A stretch of DNA of 63,674 nt, filler included, from Lama guanicoe (GCA_013239625.1; 169 parts of 169 records of this genome joined end to end with filler, not necessarily neighbours in it), one strand, 5' to 3'; shown: positions 50,926 to 63,674, numbered from the whole stretch's first letter. A program made the numbers and translations. The notes: generated by a model not told the origin, from the letters alone.

Positions 50926-51203
50926 GCGAGCGACGCCGCGGCGTCCCGCGGGTCGCCGCCGGGGCACGCATCCCCGGGGCGCGGCCGCGCGCGCGCCTCG
51001 GCCACGGCGAGAGCCGCCCGTCCCGACGGGGCGAGGCGGGGGCCGCGGGGGCGCGCGGCAGGGGGGTGGGGGGCGGCGCGGCCCGGAGGCCCAAACCGCC
51101 CCCACCCACACCCCGGCACCACCGCGACACACCCGGGGACGCGCCCCAGAGACCGCTTGCGGCGCGCGGGGGGCTCCCGGGGGGACCGCGGCGGCCACGG
51201 CCA
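50926..51203 (-). other. Probable rDNA transcribed-spacer fragment (ITS-like)
   Basis: Extremely GC-rich, CpG-unsuppressed and hairpin-prone. The minus-strand motif gcgtgccccggcggcgacccgcgggacgccgcgg resembles a conserved block I recall from mammalian ITS1. A CpG island is the alternative. Confidence 0.55.
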
Positions 51204-51303
51204 NNNNNNNNNNNNNNNNNNNNNNNNNNNNNNNNNNNNNNNNNNNNTTAATTAATTAANNNNNNNNNNNNNNNNNNNNNNNNNNNNNNNNNNNNNNNNN
51301 NNN

Positions 51304-51540
51304 CTAATTTCTCCCTCCCCACTTCCCCCTCCGGTAAACATAAGTTTTTTTCTCTCTCTGTGAGTCTGTGTCTTTTTTGTAAATAAGTTCATGTGTATCA
51401 TTTTTTAGATTCCATATATAAGTGATACCATATGATATTTTCTTTCTCTGTCTGATTTCACTTAGTATGATAATCTCTAGGTCCATCCCTGTTGGGGCAA
51501 ATGGTATTGTTTCATTCTTTTTATGACTAAGTAGTATTCC

Positions 51541-51542
<2 letters not shown>
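51304..51542 (-). mobile_element. LINE-1 ORF2 end / 3'UTR
   Basis: Minus strand reads MDLEIIILSEIRQRK...ITYIWNLK, the L1 ORF2 C-terminus, followed by 3'UTR. Confidence 0.94.

Positions 51543-51578
<36 letters not shown>
51543..51578 (+). repeat. (TATC)9 microsatellite, truncated by contig end
   Basis: Perfect tetranucleotide run. Confidence 0.97.
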
Positions 51579-52056
51579 NNNNNNNNNNNNNNNNNNNNNN
51601 NNNNNNNNNNNNNNNNNNNNNNTTAATTAATTAANNNNNNNNNNNNNNNNNNNNNNNNNNNNNNNNNNNNNNNNNNNNTTTTTTTTTCTTTTTCAAAGAA
51701 CATCTTTCTGGACTCCTCTCTGTAGGACATAATTTGCAGACTGTGATTTGTCCAACTTGCACATTTGACTGAGGTCCAGAAAGTGAAGTGACTTATTCTA
51801 GTTTAAAGGGGTAACTCTTGCCAGAGCTGGAATCTGAATCCAGGAGTGCTGACCTTAATATATTGTTCTTTTCAATACTTGTTGGATAATAAAATATGTC
51901 GATCTCAGCGCATTCTTATATCGCGAACTTTTCTATTGAATTGAATTGCTTTTTTTNNNNNNNNNNNNNNNNNNNNNNNNNNNNNNNNNNNNNNNNNNNN
52001 TTAATTAATTAANNNNNNNNNNNNNNNNNNNNNNNNNNNNNNNNNNNNNNNNNNNN

Positions 52057-52334
52057 ATTTGAACAGACCAATCACTAGAAATGAAATAGAAACAGCAATA
52101 AAAAAGCCTCTGTAAATAAAAGTCCTGGACCAGATGGCTTCACTGGTGAATTCTACCAAACATATAAAGAAGAGCTTATACCAATCCTTCTCAAACTCCT
52201 TCAGAAGTTTGAAGAGGAGAGAATACTCCCAAACTCATTCTGTGAAGCCACCATCACCCTTGATACCAAAGTTAGACAAAGACACTACCAAAAAAGAAAA
52301 CTATAGGCCAGTATCGTTGATGAACAAGGATGCA
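52057..52334 (+). mobile_element. LINE-1 ORF2 fragment (Z region / RT N-terminus)
   Basis: [63 protein letters not shown](fs)[24 protein letters not shown]. Confidence 0.97.
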
Positions 52335-55229
52335 NNNNNNNNNNNNNNNNNNNNNNNNNNNNNNNNNNNNNNNNNNNNTTAATTAATTAANNNNNNNNNN
52401 NNNNNNNNNNNNNNNNNNNNNNNNNNNNNNNNNNAGATCGGCTTGGCACTGTTTCGAAGTCCTGATCTGAATCCTGGGAGTCCTGTTTTCTCCTTCCTCT
52501 CATCTTCTCCCGGTGTCTGGGCATCGTCCCTGCCCAGCCCGGCCGTGTGGGGCACGTGTGACCACCTCCGTGCCCGGCTCCTCGGGTCAGTCAGCTGCGG
52601 AGCGACACGGCTGCCCGGGGATTCTCATGGCTCAGGGTCAGGTCTCCAATCAGACTACACACGGTCAGCTCCAAAGCCGGGTGAGTTCCCGGGACACGTG
52701 GGGTCGCCGGCANNNNNNNNNNNNNNNNNNNNNNNNNNNNNNNNNNNNNNNNNNNNTTAATTAATTAANNNNNNNNNNNNNNNNNNNNNNNNNNNNNNNN
52801 NNNNNNNNNNNNTTTTCCTGCTTTTTTCTCAGCAGCAACTGATAACATGGCCACACCCTCCCTTTGCTCCTCTAAGCCGACCTCATGTCTAAAGTTCGGT
52901 CCTTGACCCTTCCTGATCCTCTTCTGGAATTCTCTCAGAGTTCCTTAAGTTCCAAGGCTTCAATTCAGATTCCTGAACCTACATTTCTGACTTGACCCCT
53001 TTACTGAGGTCATCTGTATTTTTCCTCTCCCTTCTAGGTCCTCCTACACAATATCTTCAGCCACACTCATGAACCATCACTTGCTGTGGGNNNNNNNNNN
53101 NNNNNNNNNNNNNNNNNNNNNNNNNNNNNNNNNNTTAATTAATTAANNNNNNNNNNNNNNNNNNNNNNNNNNNNNNNNNNNNNNNNNNNNTGGCTATTGT
53201 AAATAATGCTGCTGTGAACATTGGGGTGCAGGTGTCATCTTGAAGTAGGGTGCCTTCTGGATTATGTTTTTATGATTTTTATATTTTACTTCTTTGAAGT
53301 TTTGAGCTTGTGTATTGTTTAACTATGTTTTTTTCTATTCGTTCTGATGATCAGAGAGTTCCTTATTGCATGTGGTAGTATGTATAATTAACTGAGAAAC
53401 CTACATGCTTTGATAGGCTATATTTTATAACATATTTTTTCACCTATGTTACATTGTATCTTTGTCACNNNNNNNNNNNNNNNNNNNNNNNNNNNNNNNN
53501 NNNNNNNNNNNNTTAATTAATTAANNNNNNNNNNNNNNNNNNNNNNNNNNNNNNNNNNNNNNNNNNNNATTTTTCAAATCCTCCTCCAGGCTAGAGGAAA
53601 TTCTGCTTGTCTTAACATAGCCCTTTTCCTATAAAATACCTTTGCAAAAATTGGTTTTGTTCCTATTTATGTCCTTTAAATTCCACTTTATAGACGGGCA
53701 TGCCATCAACTATAGTTGGTATGACTGTTCACGTAAAATTAAAAAAAAATCTATTAAGTAACTAATAGATATGGTAAGGGAGTTTGGTAAGAAGATCAAC
53801 ATACATAAAATAATTGCTTTTATATATGTCAGGAACAGCGAAAGAANNNNNNNNNNNNNNNNNNNNNNNNNNNNNNNNNNNNNNNNNNNNTTAATTAATT
53901 AANNNNNNNNNNNNNNNNNNNNNNNNNNNNNNNNNNNNNNNNNNNNAAAATGAGAATAATAAAGGAAAATTTATGAGTAATTTCAGATGTGATTTTCTAT
54001 CAAAAATTTAATCCCTAAATTATTAGAGTTTCTAAAAGAATTAAGGAAGGTGGCTTTTCAGTCAATTGACATACAAAAATTGCTATACTAAAGGGAGATG
54101 TTTCCATTTAGAAATGGTATTTGGAAATGTGATTAATGAAAGGATATCCTTTAAAATAGGCAAAAAGCTTAGAACATCCCGGAATAAATCTAGCCACAAT
54201 ATGCAAAATCTATGTATTAGTTTCNNNNNNNNNNNNNNNNNNNNNNNNNNNNNNNNNNNNNNNNNNNNTTAATTAATTAANNNNNNNNNNNNNNNNNNNN
54301 NNNNNNNNNNNNNNNNNNNNNNNNACTAAATGAGTTAGGCTTCAGTTATCTGGAGAGTTCTGTGACATTATTTATTCCTGACTGATGCCAGACAATCAAG
54401 CTTAGTTACCAAACACCCATACAAGTCATAACAGGGGATGTCAGAGTGGTGGGGACTGGTCTCCCAGAACAGCCTGCATGGCAGCCTGATGCATCTGCAA
54501 CCAGGCCGTTTTCACCTCGGGATCGCCTCAGACTTTAGGAAGTATCTCCCACATAGTTTCAGAATCTGACCTAGTTAGACAAAGTTGTTGGCAAAACTGA
54601 CTNNNNNNNNNNNNNNNNNNNNNNNNNNNNNNNNNNNNNNNNNNNNTTAATTAATTAANNNNNNNNNNNNNNNNNNNNNNNNNNNNNNNNNNNNNNNNNN
54701 NNTTTTTCCTCCAGAATCTGTTAGACTGGACTTTTTCAGATATATTTACACTACAAACAGTAACTCTTTTTTACAGTATCCAAACTAGCATGTGCAAAAT
54801 TACTTTAATGTAAGAACTGTAACAGCAACCAGCACTCAGATATTGAACCAACAGCCAGTTAAAACTAGCTGATCCCCAGTAAGGCTTAACATTGAAACCA
54901 TAGTAGTAAATGGTGCAACCCTTAATGAGCAACATCTATCAATTTAAAAAGTAAATCACCTCAGTTTTTGGTTAATAAACNNNNNNNNNNNNNNNNNNNN
55001 NNNNNNNNNNNNNNNNNNNNNNNNTTAATTAATTAANNNNNNNNNNNNNNNNNNNNNNNNNNNNNNNNNNNNNNNNNNNNAAAAGAATATGAAAAGGAAT
55101 ATATATATATGTATAACTGAGTCACTATCTATACACCAGGAATTAACACAACATTGTAAACTGACTATACTTCGGTTTTAAAAAGTTATTTAAAAAAAAT
55201 AAAGGTGCGGAAGAAGAGGAAAGGCTGCC

Positions 55230-55358
55230 GGGAGAGTATAGCTCAATGGTAGAGTGCATGCTTAGCGTGCATGAGGTCCTGGATTCAAACCCCAGGACCT
55301 CCATTAAATCAATCAATCTAATTACCTCCTCCCACCCCCCCAACTCCTCCAAAAAAAA
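55230..55358 (+). mobile_element. Near full-length tRNA-derived camelid SINE (Vic-1-like)
   Basis: gggagagtatagctcaatggtagagtgcatgcttagcgtgcatgaggtcctggattcaaaccccaggacctcc + attaaatcaatcaatctaattacctcc + A tail. Confidence 0.92.
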
Positions 55359-56379
55359 NNNNNNNNNNNNNNNNNNNNNNNNNNNNNNNNNNNNNNNNNN
55401 NNTTAATTAATTAANNNNNNNNNNNNNNNNNNNNNNNNNNNNNNNNNNNNNNNNNNNNGAATTTAAAAATACAATACCGTTTACATTAGCACTCCCTCCC
55501 TCAAAATAAAATGTTAGGTACAAACTTTTAAAGATATATGTAGTATGTCTATGAGGAAAGCTGTAAAACTCGGATGAAGAAATCAAAGGTCTAAATAAGC
55601 AGAAAGATATTCAATGTTTCTGCGTAGAAAGACATCGTTAAGACGTCAGTGATTCCCAACTTGACCTGTAGATTTAACTCAAGCAGCCCGGCTGCTGCAC
55701 TGCTGATGTGGGGATCAAATCCCTGAGCTCATCAGGNNNNNNNNNNNNNNNNNNNNNNNNNNNNNNNNNNNNNNNNNNNNTTAATTAATTAANNNNNNNN
55801 NNNNNNNNNNNNNNNNNNNNNNNNNNNNNNNNNNNNGTCGCAGCAGCCAGCCACGTGTGGCTTTACGGGGATGTCTCTTTTGCGGCACTAGCCTGAAAAT
55901 CTTCAAAGAAATTTATGACACGACACTATGATTCATCTTCACAGATGGCATGGAAATGAGACTGAATTTTCAACATTTTCTTCTTTGCTGATAAGTGTAT
56001 TTAATAGACTTTTAAAATCAACTTCTGTTTTGTTTTTAAAATATTATTCTAAATTATTAAACAAATTCTAGGGATAAAATTCATATAGTTTTCTCATTAT
56101 GTTGATCAACACTCNNNNNNNNNNNNNNNNNNNNNNNNNNNNNNNNNNNNNNNNNNNNTTAATTAATTAANNNNNNNNNNNNNNNNNNNNNNNNNNNNNN
56201 NNNNNNNNNNNNNNAAATGACCACAGCAGATCTCTGATTTCTCCTAGACTCTTCCGTATGTTAGGGTCAGCCCGTGACATTACATCCTCCAATGTGTAGA
56301 AGGCTTTTGTACCTAATCCTCTTCCATACAATGAATCGTTTTTGGTTTTTTTTTTTTTAATCCTTTCACTCTGTTTTAA

Positions 56380-56492
56380 TTTTTTTTTAAAGAGGGGAGG
56401 TAGGACTTTTTTTTTTCAATTTATCTTCTTAATGGAGGTGCTTGGGGTTGAACCCAGGACGTCGTGCAAGCTAGGCACGCGCTCTGCCGCTG
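56380..56492 (-). mobile_element. tRNA-derived camelid SINE (Vic-1-like)
   Basis: aatggaggtgcttggggttgaacccaggacgtcgtgcaagctaggcacgcgctctgccgctg is the reverse complement of the SINE head and is preceded by a T-rich tail. Confidence 0.88.
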
Positions 56493-56619
56493 NNNNNNNN
56501 NNNNNNNNNNNNNNNNNNNNNNNNNNNNNNNNNNNNTTAATTAATTAANNNNNNNNNNNNNNNNNNNNNNNNNNNNNNNNNNNNNNNNNNNNGATGCTCA
56601 GGTGACCTGATGTAGACCG

Positions 56620-56790
56620 CGGTGCTAAACCTGAGCATGTTTAGTGACCTTGGCAGCTCTGAAAATACAAACTACTGGTCCCTACCTCTGGAGACGCTTA
56701 GGGTCTGCATCCCAGAATTCTGCATTTTAAGAAGCACATTAACTAATTCTGATGAAGGTGATCTGAGTGTCCCACTGAGAAACACTGGTA
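56620..56790. mobile_element. MER5-like hAT/Charlie DNA transposon relic
   Basis: cagaattctgcattttaagaagcac...taattctgatg...ctgagaaacactgg terminal motif. Confidence 0.7.
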
Positions 56791-56970
56791 TGCGATGCAC
56801 CAGTATTGAGGATTCTCAGGAAGCGATGTCTTTTCAGGATGGTCCAAGGGCCCTCACTTGAGACTTTTGCNNNNNNNNNNNNNNNNNNNNNNNNNNNNNN
56901 NNNNNNNNNNNNNNTTAATTAATTAANNNNNNNNNNNNNNNNNNNNNNNNNNNNNNNNNNNNNNNNNNNN

Positions 56971-57200
56971 CAGTTCTGGTGTCTCTCTAAGAACAGGAAG
57001 ACACAGTGGGGTGAGCACACGGAGTAAAGGACACGTGAGGACACAGTGAAAACACAGCCATCAGCAAGTCCAGGAGGGAGGCCTCAGCGGAGACCACCCT
57101 GCCATCACCGTGGTCCTGGACGTCCAGCCTGCAGGACTGTGAGAACACCCGTGTCTGTTAGTAAAGCTGCCCAGTCACTGTGTGGTGTGACAGCAGCCAT
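56971..57200 (+). mobile_element. MaLR LTR (MLT1A/B-like)
   Basis: cacgtgaggacacagtga...cagccatcagcaagtccaggagggaggcctcag...cgtccagcctgcaggactgtgaga...taaagctgcccagt...acagcagcc. Confidence 0.88.
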
Positions 57201-58114
57201 GATACTTATCACAGCTCCCGTGCCTCTGTCCCCAGGGCCGCCTGACCCNNNNNNNNNNNNNNNNNNNNNNNNNNNNNNNNNNNNNNNNNNNNTTAATTAA
57301 TTAANNNNNNNNNNNNNNNNNNNNNNNNNNNNNNNNNNNNNNNNNNNNTTATGTCTTGGGTCGTGGCACCCGAATCACTTAACTTCTCTGTGGCTCTATT
57401 TCTCACTCCAGGCAGCCAGGATAGGCGGGCTGCTTAGAGCCTGGCCCCAGCAGGTGCTCTGCAGGTATCAGGGGAATGTCTCTAGTGCTGTTTTCAGAAA
57501 GGGCATCGTAACCGCTGCCTAGTGAGAGGTCTGAGATCTCCCATCAGTTCTGCTGTGGAGCCTGGAACCCAGACACCGGGGGCCGCGGGGTGGGAAGAAG
57601 CAGCCCTTGCAACCTGGCTTGACTCCNNNNNNNNNNNNNNNNNNNNNNNNNNNNNNNNNNNNNNNNNNNNTTAATTAATTAANNNNNNNNNNNNNNNNNN
57701 NNNNNNNNNNNNNNNNNNNNNNNNNNGGGTATAACAAAAGTAGTATTAATAGGGATGCTTATAGTAAAATAATCCAACATATAGAAATAAGAAACACCTC
57801 TCTCTTATAACATATTCTTACAACCAAACATTTTAACAAACAATAAACTTGTTACTAGAAGGAAAGACACCTGAAAGGACAGAATATAATTAAAATAAAG
57901 ATTGAAATAGAAACATTTAATCAAACTAACTAATGTCTTTTGAAACATTAATAAAGTTGATAAAATTTAACCAGACACATGAGCAAAAGAGAGTACAGAA
58001 TAATNNNNNNNNNNNNNNNNNNNNNNNNNNNNNNNNNNNNNNNNNNNNTTAATTAATTAANNNNNNNNNNNNNNNNNNNNNNNNNNNNNNNNNNNNNNNN
58101 NNNNCTGCAGGAAC

Positions 58115-58260
58115 TTGTCCTCCCAGACTCAGTTTTCTCATCTGTAAAATGGGGATCATAAAGTAAGGAAAATACACTCACAGTTGTTGTGAGGATTAAA
58201 GAAAGAAAGTGCGTGGGTGCTCAGCACGGGGCCAGGAGCGCAGTAAACGCCCAGTAGATT
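58115..58260 (+). mobile_element. MIR SINE fragment
   Basis: ctcagttttctcatctgtaaaatggggatcataa...ctcacagttgttgtgaggattaaa...gtgctcagcacggggccagg..cgcagtaaacgc. Confidence 0.88.
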
Positions 58261-61200
58261 CAGCTCTTGTGCTCGTGGTTTCCGAGGCGGTGCCCAGCAC
58301 GCAGCGGGAGCCGGGCGTGTGGGGGGCTGAGCGGGTGGAGGAAAGGCTGAGCACACTGACACTCGCCTGTCCCCTGGCTGCCNNNNNNNNNNNNNNNNNN
58401 NNNNNNNNNNNNNNNNNNNNNNNNNNTTAATTAATTAANNNNNNNNNNNNNNNNNNNNNNNNNNNNNNNNNNNNNNNNNNNNCAGATATCAATGTCTAAC
58501 TAATGCAAATAGTAGCTTTCTTTTTTTTTTTAATGTTATCCATTTCATTTTTTTGCAAATTACAGTCAATTGATTTTAAGTGTTAATGCTGTAGTTATAG
58601 TTTGTCATTTTTTTTCACTTGCTGATTTTTGGTCTCCTATATTCCCACATTAGCATTTAGTGTATTATTTTTACGAACCTTTAGGTTTTTCAGTCATGAT
58701 CCTAAACAACACTATTTCTTTTTCTCTCCAGGAGACACATTTAAAATAGCAATGTTTTACNNNNNNNNNNNNNNNNNNNNNNNNNNNNNNNNNNNNNNNN
58801 NNNNTTAATTAATTAANNNNNNNNNNNNNNNNNNNNNNNNNNNNNNNNNNNNNNNNNNNNAATAAGAATCAACAGAATGCAATAATCCAATCATAAAGGA
58901 CAGTCAAATATGAGCCTCAGTTATTAATATCAAGCATCAACAATTACAGACAACAAGGACATCACATCACTCTTCTGTATCTTCCATGTTTCTCCTTTAG
59001 TCTATTAAGATCTAATTTCTATTACAGTTAATCTTGACATGACCAAAGAATTGCTCAAAGTACGTGGCTGATGGATGCTCTAGGGACACAAAACCAGTTT
59101 AACTCTCTTTCCAAACCCTCACGTGAAGAGTATTTTTCNNNNNNNNNNNNNNNNNNNNNNNNNNNNNNNNNNNNNNNNNNNNTTAATTAATTAANNNNNN
59201 NNNNNNNNNNNNNNNNNNNNNNNNNNNNNNNNNNNNNNATGCAGTGGGAGGGATGTGTACCCCCTAAACCTCAGGAGCTCATACTGATTGTCGGGGAACC
59301 CCCTTTCTGATTAGCATATACCTTCTGCCTATCTTATTTTCAGCCTTCTCCATCTTCAATGTCCTTTGTCCTTCTTTGCCATCTCAGAGTTTTTTCCTTT
59401 GCCTATTAATTTATTCAAACTATTCTCCAATATCTTATTAACATTTCACCTGCATTTTTTCAGGCTTCTTAAACATTGATTTTATTATTTCTACACTTCT
59501 TAAAATGTTAAACTTCNNNNNNNNNNNNNNNNNNNNNNNNNNNNNNNNNNNNNNNNNNNNTTAATTAATTAANNNNNNNNNNNNNNNNNNNNNNNNNNNN
59601 NNNNNNNNNNNNNNNNAAAAGACAAACCTTTGTTTAATAAAAAATCAGCTGGACGTAGAGCATCCATCATACGCGACTTCAACAGAGGCTCGTCGGAAGG
59701 GAAAAGCACATCTGTTCTGGTGCACGGAAGCCACGCAAAGACGGAATACTTTAAAAAAAAAAAAGATAAAAAGGCTGCTGGTGAGAATGGAGGAACATAG
59801 GGTCAATTGCTGTTGACAAGGCGAATAAGACAGAGAGATGACTGATGGGTTTGGTGACAAGGAGATCATTGGACAAACTGTCAAAAAATGGTTCNNNNNN
59901 NNNNNNNNNNNNNNNNNNNNNNNNNNNNNNNNNNNNNNTTAATTAATTAANNNNNNNNNNNNNNNNNNNNNNNNNNNNNNNNNNNNNNNNNNNNCAAACT
60001 AGAGAATATAACCAAAAAACGAAGCAGACTCACAGACACAGAGAACAAACTAGTGGCTCCCAGAGAGGAAAGCGGGGGAGGGACAGTGTATGGGTGGGGA
60101 AGCAGGAGGTACAAACAACTGGGTGTAAGACAGGCTCAAGGATGCACTGTACACCACAGGGAAGACAGCCAATAGTTTGTAATAACTGTAAATGGAAAGT
60201 AATCTATAAAAAATTGTATTAAGAAGCCTCTACAAATTTAAGAGGACAAATTATTTCAAGCATCTTTTCTGANNNNNNNNNNNNNNNNNNNNNNNNNNNN
60301 NNNNNNNNNNNNNNNNTTAATTAATTAANNNNNNNNNNNNNNNNNNNNNNNNNNNNNNNNNNNNNNNNNNNNCCATCACACCACACCCTGTCCTTTCTCT
60401 TCACTGCCTGTATCACTGAGAAAAGTGACAAACTTCCTCAGCTTACTATATTTCATCTCCCACCCCTGCACCCTTAACCCAACAACACTCCCATATCTCC
60501 TTCCTTTCTAGCTCCACAAAATAGTCAGTATTGACTGGAAAAAAATACGCAACCTAAAAATTGAGAGGTATGTTTTATTTGCAAATGATGTATCTGATAA
60601 GGGGTTAATATCCAAAATATGCAAAGAACACATACAACTCAACATCAAAANNNNNNNNNNNNNNNNNNNNNNNNNNNNNNNNNNNNNNNNNNNNTTAATT
60701 AATTAANNNNNNNNNNNNNNNNNNNNNNNNNNNNNNNNNNNNNNNNNNNNGGCTGGTAGAGAGAGAGACGGTGTTGTGCAGGACGGGCTCCTGCACTGGG
60801 AAGACCACCCGGGGTGGAGGGGGCAGGGCAGGGGTGGGGGGTGCCAGGCACGGAGGCAGCCAGGGGCCAGGAGAGCCCTGACTCCAGGTTGGTGGCTGGG
60901 GACCCATGTCCCCTCTGTGCAGTCGGGTTGGGGTTAATGGAACCTCACTCCCTGGAGGGATGGGAGGGACGGTCAGATGGAAAATGGACGTTTGGCTCAT
61001 CGCTGTGTGTGACTGTTGTGGCCGTTGGNNNNNNNNNNNNNNNNNNNNNNNNNNNNNNNNNNNNNNNNNNNNTTAATTAATTAANNNNNNNNNNNNNNNN
61101 NNNNNNNNNNNNNNNNNNNNNNNNNNNNTTTGTCATTTGTGGACTTTGTACTGATGGCCGTTCTGACTGGTGTGAGGTCATGCCTCAGTGTAGTTTGGAT

Positions 61201-61506
61201 TTGCACTTCTCTGATAATTAGTGATATAGAATGCACTTTTTACACGGTGAATTACCAACTTTATTGAATGTCTACGTTGTACACATGAATGTGCTTCTTT
61301 CTGAGAAGGCAGAGGAGAAGCCTTAAAGGACCATAAGCCTTCAAAGAGCTCATCAGGGTGAATATGGGGACAATGTGACAGCTCAGCACAGGACAGACAA
61401 TGAAGTNNNNNNNNNNNNNNNNNNNNNNNNNNNNNNNNNNNNNNNNNNNNTTAATTAATTAANNNNNNNNNNNNNNNNNNNNNNNNNNNNNNNNNNNNNN
61501 NNNNNN

Positions 61507-61784
61507 TATGCAAAGTATATGCATGCAAAATCCACACATGATGTTTATAGCAGCTTTATCCATAAATGCCAAACCTTGGAAGCAATCAAGATGCCCTTCA
61601 GTAGCTGACTGGATAAATAAACTGTGGTGCATGTAGACAATGGAATATTATTCAGTGCTAAAAAGCTATCAAGCCATAAAAAGACATGAAGAAGTCTTAA
61701 ATGCATATTAACAAAAAGGAGCCAATCTGAAAAGGCTACATACTGTGTGATTCCAACTATATGACATTCTAGAAAAGGCAAAAC
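61507..61784 (+). mobile_element. LINE-1 (L1MC-like) 3' fragment
   Basis: atgtttatagcagctttatccataaatgccaaaccttggaagcaa...gccaatctgaaaaggctacatactgtgtgattccaactatatgacattctagaaaaggcaaaac. Confidence 0.9.
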
Positions 61785-61884
61785 NNNNNNNNNNNNNNNN
61801 NNNNNNNNNNNNNNNNNNNNNNNNNNNNTTAATTAATTAANNNNNNNNNNNNNNNNNNNNNNNNNNNNNNNNNNNNNNNNNNNN

Positions 61885-62162
61885 TCAGACAAGAAAAGGA
61901 AAACACATAGAAATTGAAAGGGAAGAAGTAAAAGTGTCCTTATTTTCAAATGACATCACAATATATAGAAAAAATCCTAAAGTATCTATCAAAATATTAG
62001 AACTAATAAAGAAATTCAGTGAAGTTTTCAGGATACAAGATTAACATACAGAAATCTGTTCCTTTCCTATACAGTAATAATGAGCTCTCAGGAAGAGAAA
62101 TTAAGGAAAATGCCTGATTACAGTTGCATCAAAAATAATAAAATACATAAGAATAAACTAGA
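61885..62162 (+). mobile_element. LINE-1 ORF2 RT-core fragment (degenerate)
   Basis: EEVKVSLFSNDI (a degenerate FADD motif) ...LELIKKFSEV.GYKINIQKS. Confidence 0.92.
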
Positions 62163-62338
62163 NNNNNNNNNNNNNNNNNNNNNNNNNNNNNNNNNNNNNN
62201 NNNNNNTTAATTAATTAANNNNNNNNNNNNNNNNNNNNNNNNNNNNNNNNNNNNNNNNNNNNTAAGATGATTGTAAATCAATAAAAAATGTTTAAAAATG
62301 TTAAAAAAAAATAAAAAGAAATGAAGCATTACAAATTA

Positions 62339-62540
62339 CAGTCGACGCTTGAACATCACGGGGCTTAGGGGCGCTGACCTGCAGTGCAGTCGAAAACCTG
62401 CATGTAACTTATAACGAGTCCTCCAGACACACGGTTCCTCCAGGTATGTGGTTCTGCATCCACGGACCCAGCCACCTGTGGATGTAGTCCTGTAGCATCA
62501 CTATTGAGAAAACTCTGTGTGTGAGTGGACCTGTACAATT
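62339..62540. mobile_element. Tigger2-family (TcMar) DNA transposon derivative
   Basis: TA followed by CAGTCGACGCTTGAACATCACGGGG (TIR similar to CAGTTGACCCTTGAACAACACGGG)...cagtcgaaaacctgcatgtaactt...gtgagtggacctgtaca. Confidence 0.85.
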
Positions 62541-63018
62541 NNNNNNNNNNNNNNNNNNNNNNNNNNNNNNNNNNNNNNNNNNNNTTAATTAATTAANNNN
62601 NNNNNNNNNNNNNNNNNNNNNNNNNNNNNNNNNNNNNNNNCGTCCTGTGGCTACATGTGTCCTGGGTGGGCTGGTGGATATGAGCACCTGTAAGTAGGGT
62701 AGCTGAGGTCTGAGTCCCTTACTGGAAGCTACAGAATCAGGATGTCTGGTTCTTCTGGGAGATGATACAGTGCACATTCCTTATATTACACCCCCCTGCA
62801 GGGGCACCAGGCACTGCTCCTCATCAAACATGTTTACATTCACCGTGAAATGAATCCGTATTCTCAGAAAGTGGGCTAACCAAAGAGCTCAAGTAGCTCA
62901 TCCAGTCCAGGTCAGGCTNNNNNNNNNNNNNNNNNNNNNNNNNNNNNNNNNNNNNNNNNNNNTTAATTAATTAANNNNNNNNNNNNNNNNNNNNNNNNNN
63001 NNNNNNNNNNNNNNNNNN

Positions 63019-63296
63019 GATATTGAGCATATTTACATGTGCCTATTGGCCATTAGTATGTCTTCACTGGAGGATTGTTTGGTTAGGTCTTCTGCCCATT
63101 GTTGGATTGGGCTGTTTGTTTTTTTCTTTTTAAGTTGTATGAGCTATTTATATATTCTGGAGATTAAGCCTTTGTCAGTCTCATGCTTTGCAAATATTTT
63201 CTCCCATTCTGCAGGGTGTCTTTTTGTTTTGTTGATGGTTCCCTTTCCTATGCAAAAGCTTATAAGTTTAATTAGATCTTATGTATTTATTTTTAT
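63019..63296 (-). mobile_element. LINE-1 ORF2 fragment
   Basis: Reverse complement of the same ORF2 region as 27891..28167 ([31 protein letters not shown]). Confidence 0.95.
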
Positions 63297-63674
63297 NNNN
63301 NNNNNNNNNNNNNNNNNNNNNNNNNNNNNNNNNNNNNNNNTTAATTAATTAANNNNNNNNNNNNNNNNNNNNNNNNNNNNNNNNNNNNNNNNNNNNAATC
63401 AAGTGGACTTGGCCAGGAAACCTAGAGTTTCTGTTTTATTTTTGCGTAAAATTTGGGTCCTCGGGGGTGTCTCCCTGACTTTCCAAGGTAATTCATTCCC
63501 TTCAGCCCCAATCAGTTTAGTTCAGCCTACAGCTGTAGAGCACACAGAACATACTTGGCCTGTGGCTTGGCCTTGGGGGATACATGGATCAACATAAACA
63601 AGTTTACATCTCTTAAGGGGCTCACAGCCCAGGTGGGAAACAGGATGCTAATTCAGTAGCCCTGATGGGTGTCT

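Overview
This window is not a continuous locus. It is an artificial concatenation of about 169 unrelated short contigs (277 bp each up to about 34.6 kb, 278 bp after that, with a few shorter exceptions). They are joined by 168 identical 100-bp spacers (44 N + TTAATTAATTAA + 44 N). The DNA is mammalian and probably camelid (camel/alpaca), based on the tRNA-derived Vic-1-type SINEs and the L1 3' ends. Most contigs are transposon fragments (L1, L2, MIR, MaLR/ERV LTRs, Tigger2, MER5) or anonymous non-coding DNA. Recognisable gene fragments are an AFG3L1-like processed pseudogene, an ASB9-like exon, a MAGE-A-like N-terminus, an IGLV9-like V-lambda pseudogene missed by the ORF track, an alpha-tubulin segment (TUBA4A-like), an unidentified terminal exon and two copies of a COX2-tRNA-Lys-ATP8-ATP6 NUMT. 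There is also a probable rDNA spacer piece and two satellite-like repeats. Three contig pairs have identical boundaries and 3-6.5% divergence, which looks like de Bruijn bubbles of duplicated DNA with K near 49. I found no supportable novel multi-gene system: adjacency between contigs has no biological meaning, and the CRISPR-like periodicity is an assembly artifact. Family assignments come from recalled sequence similarity, not from database searches.
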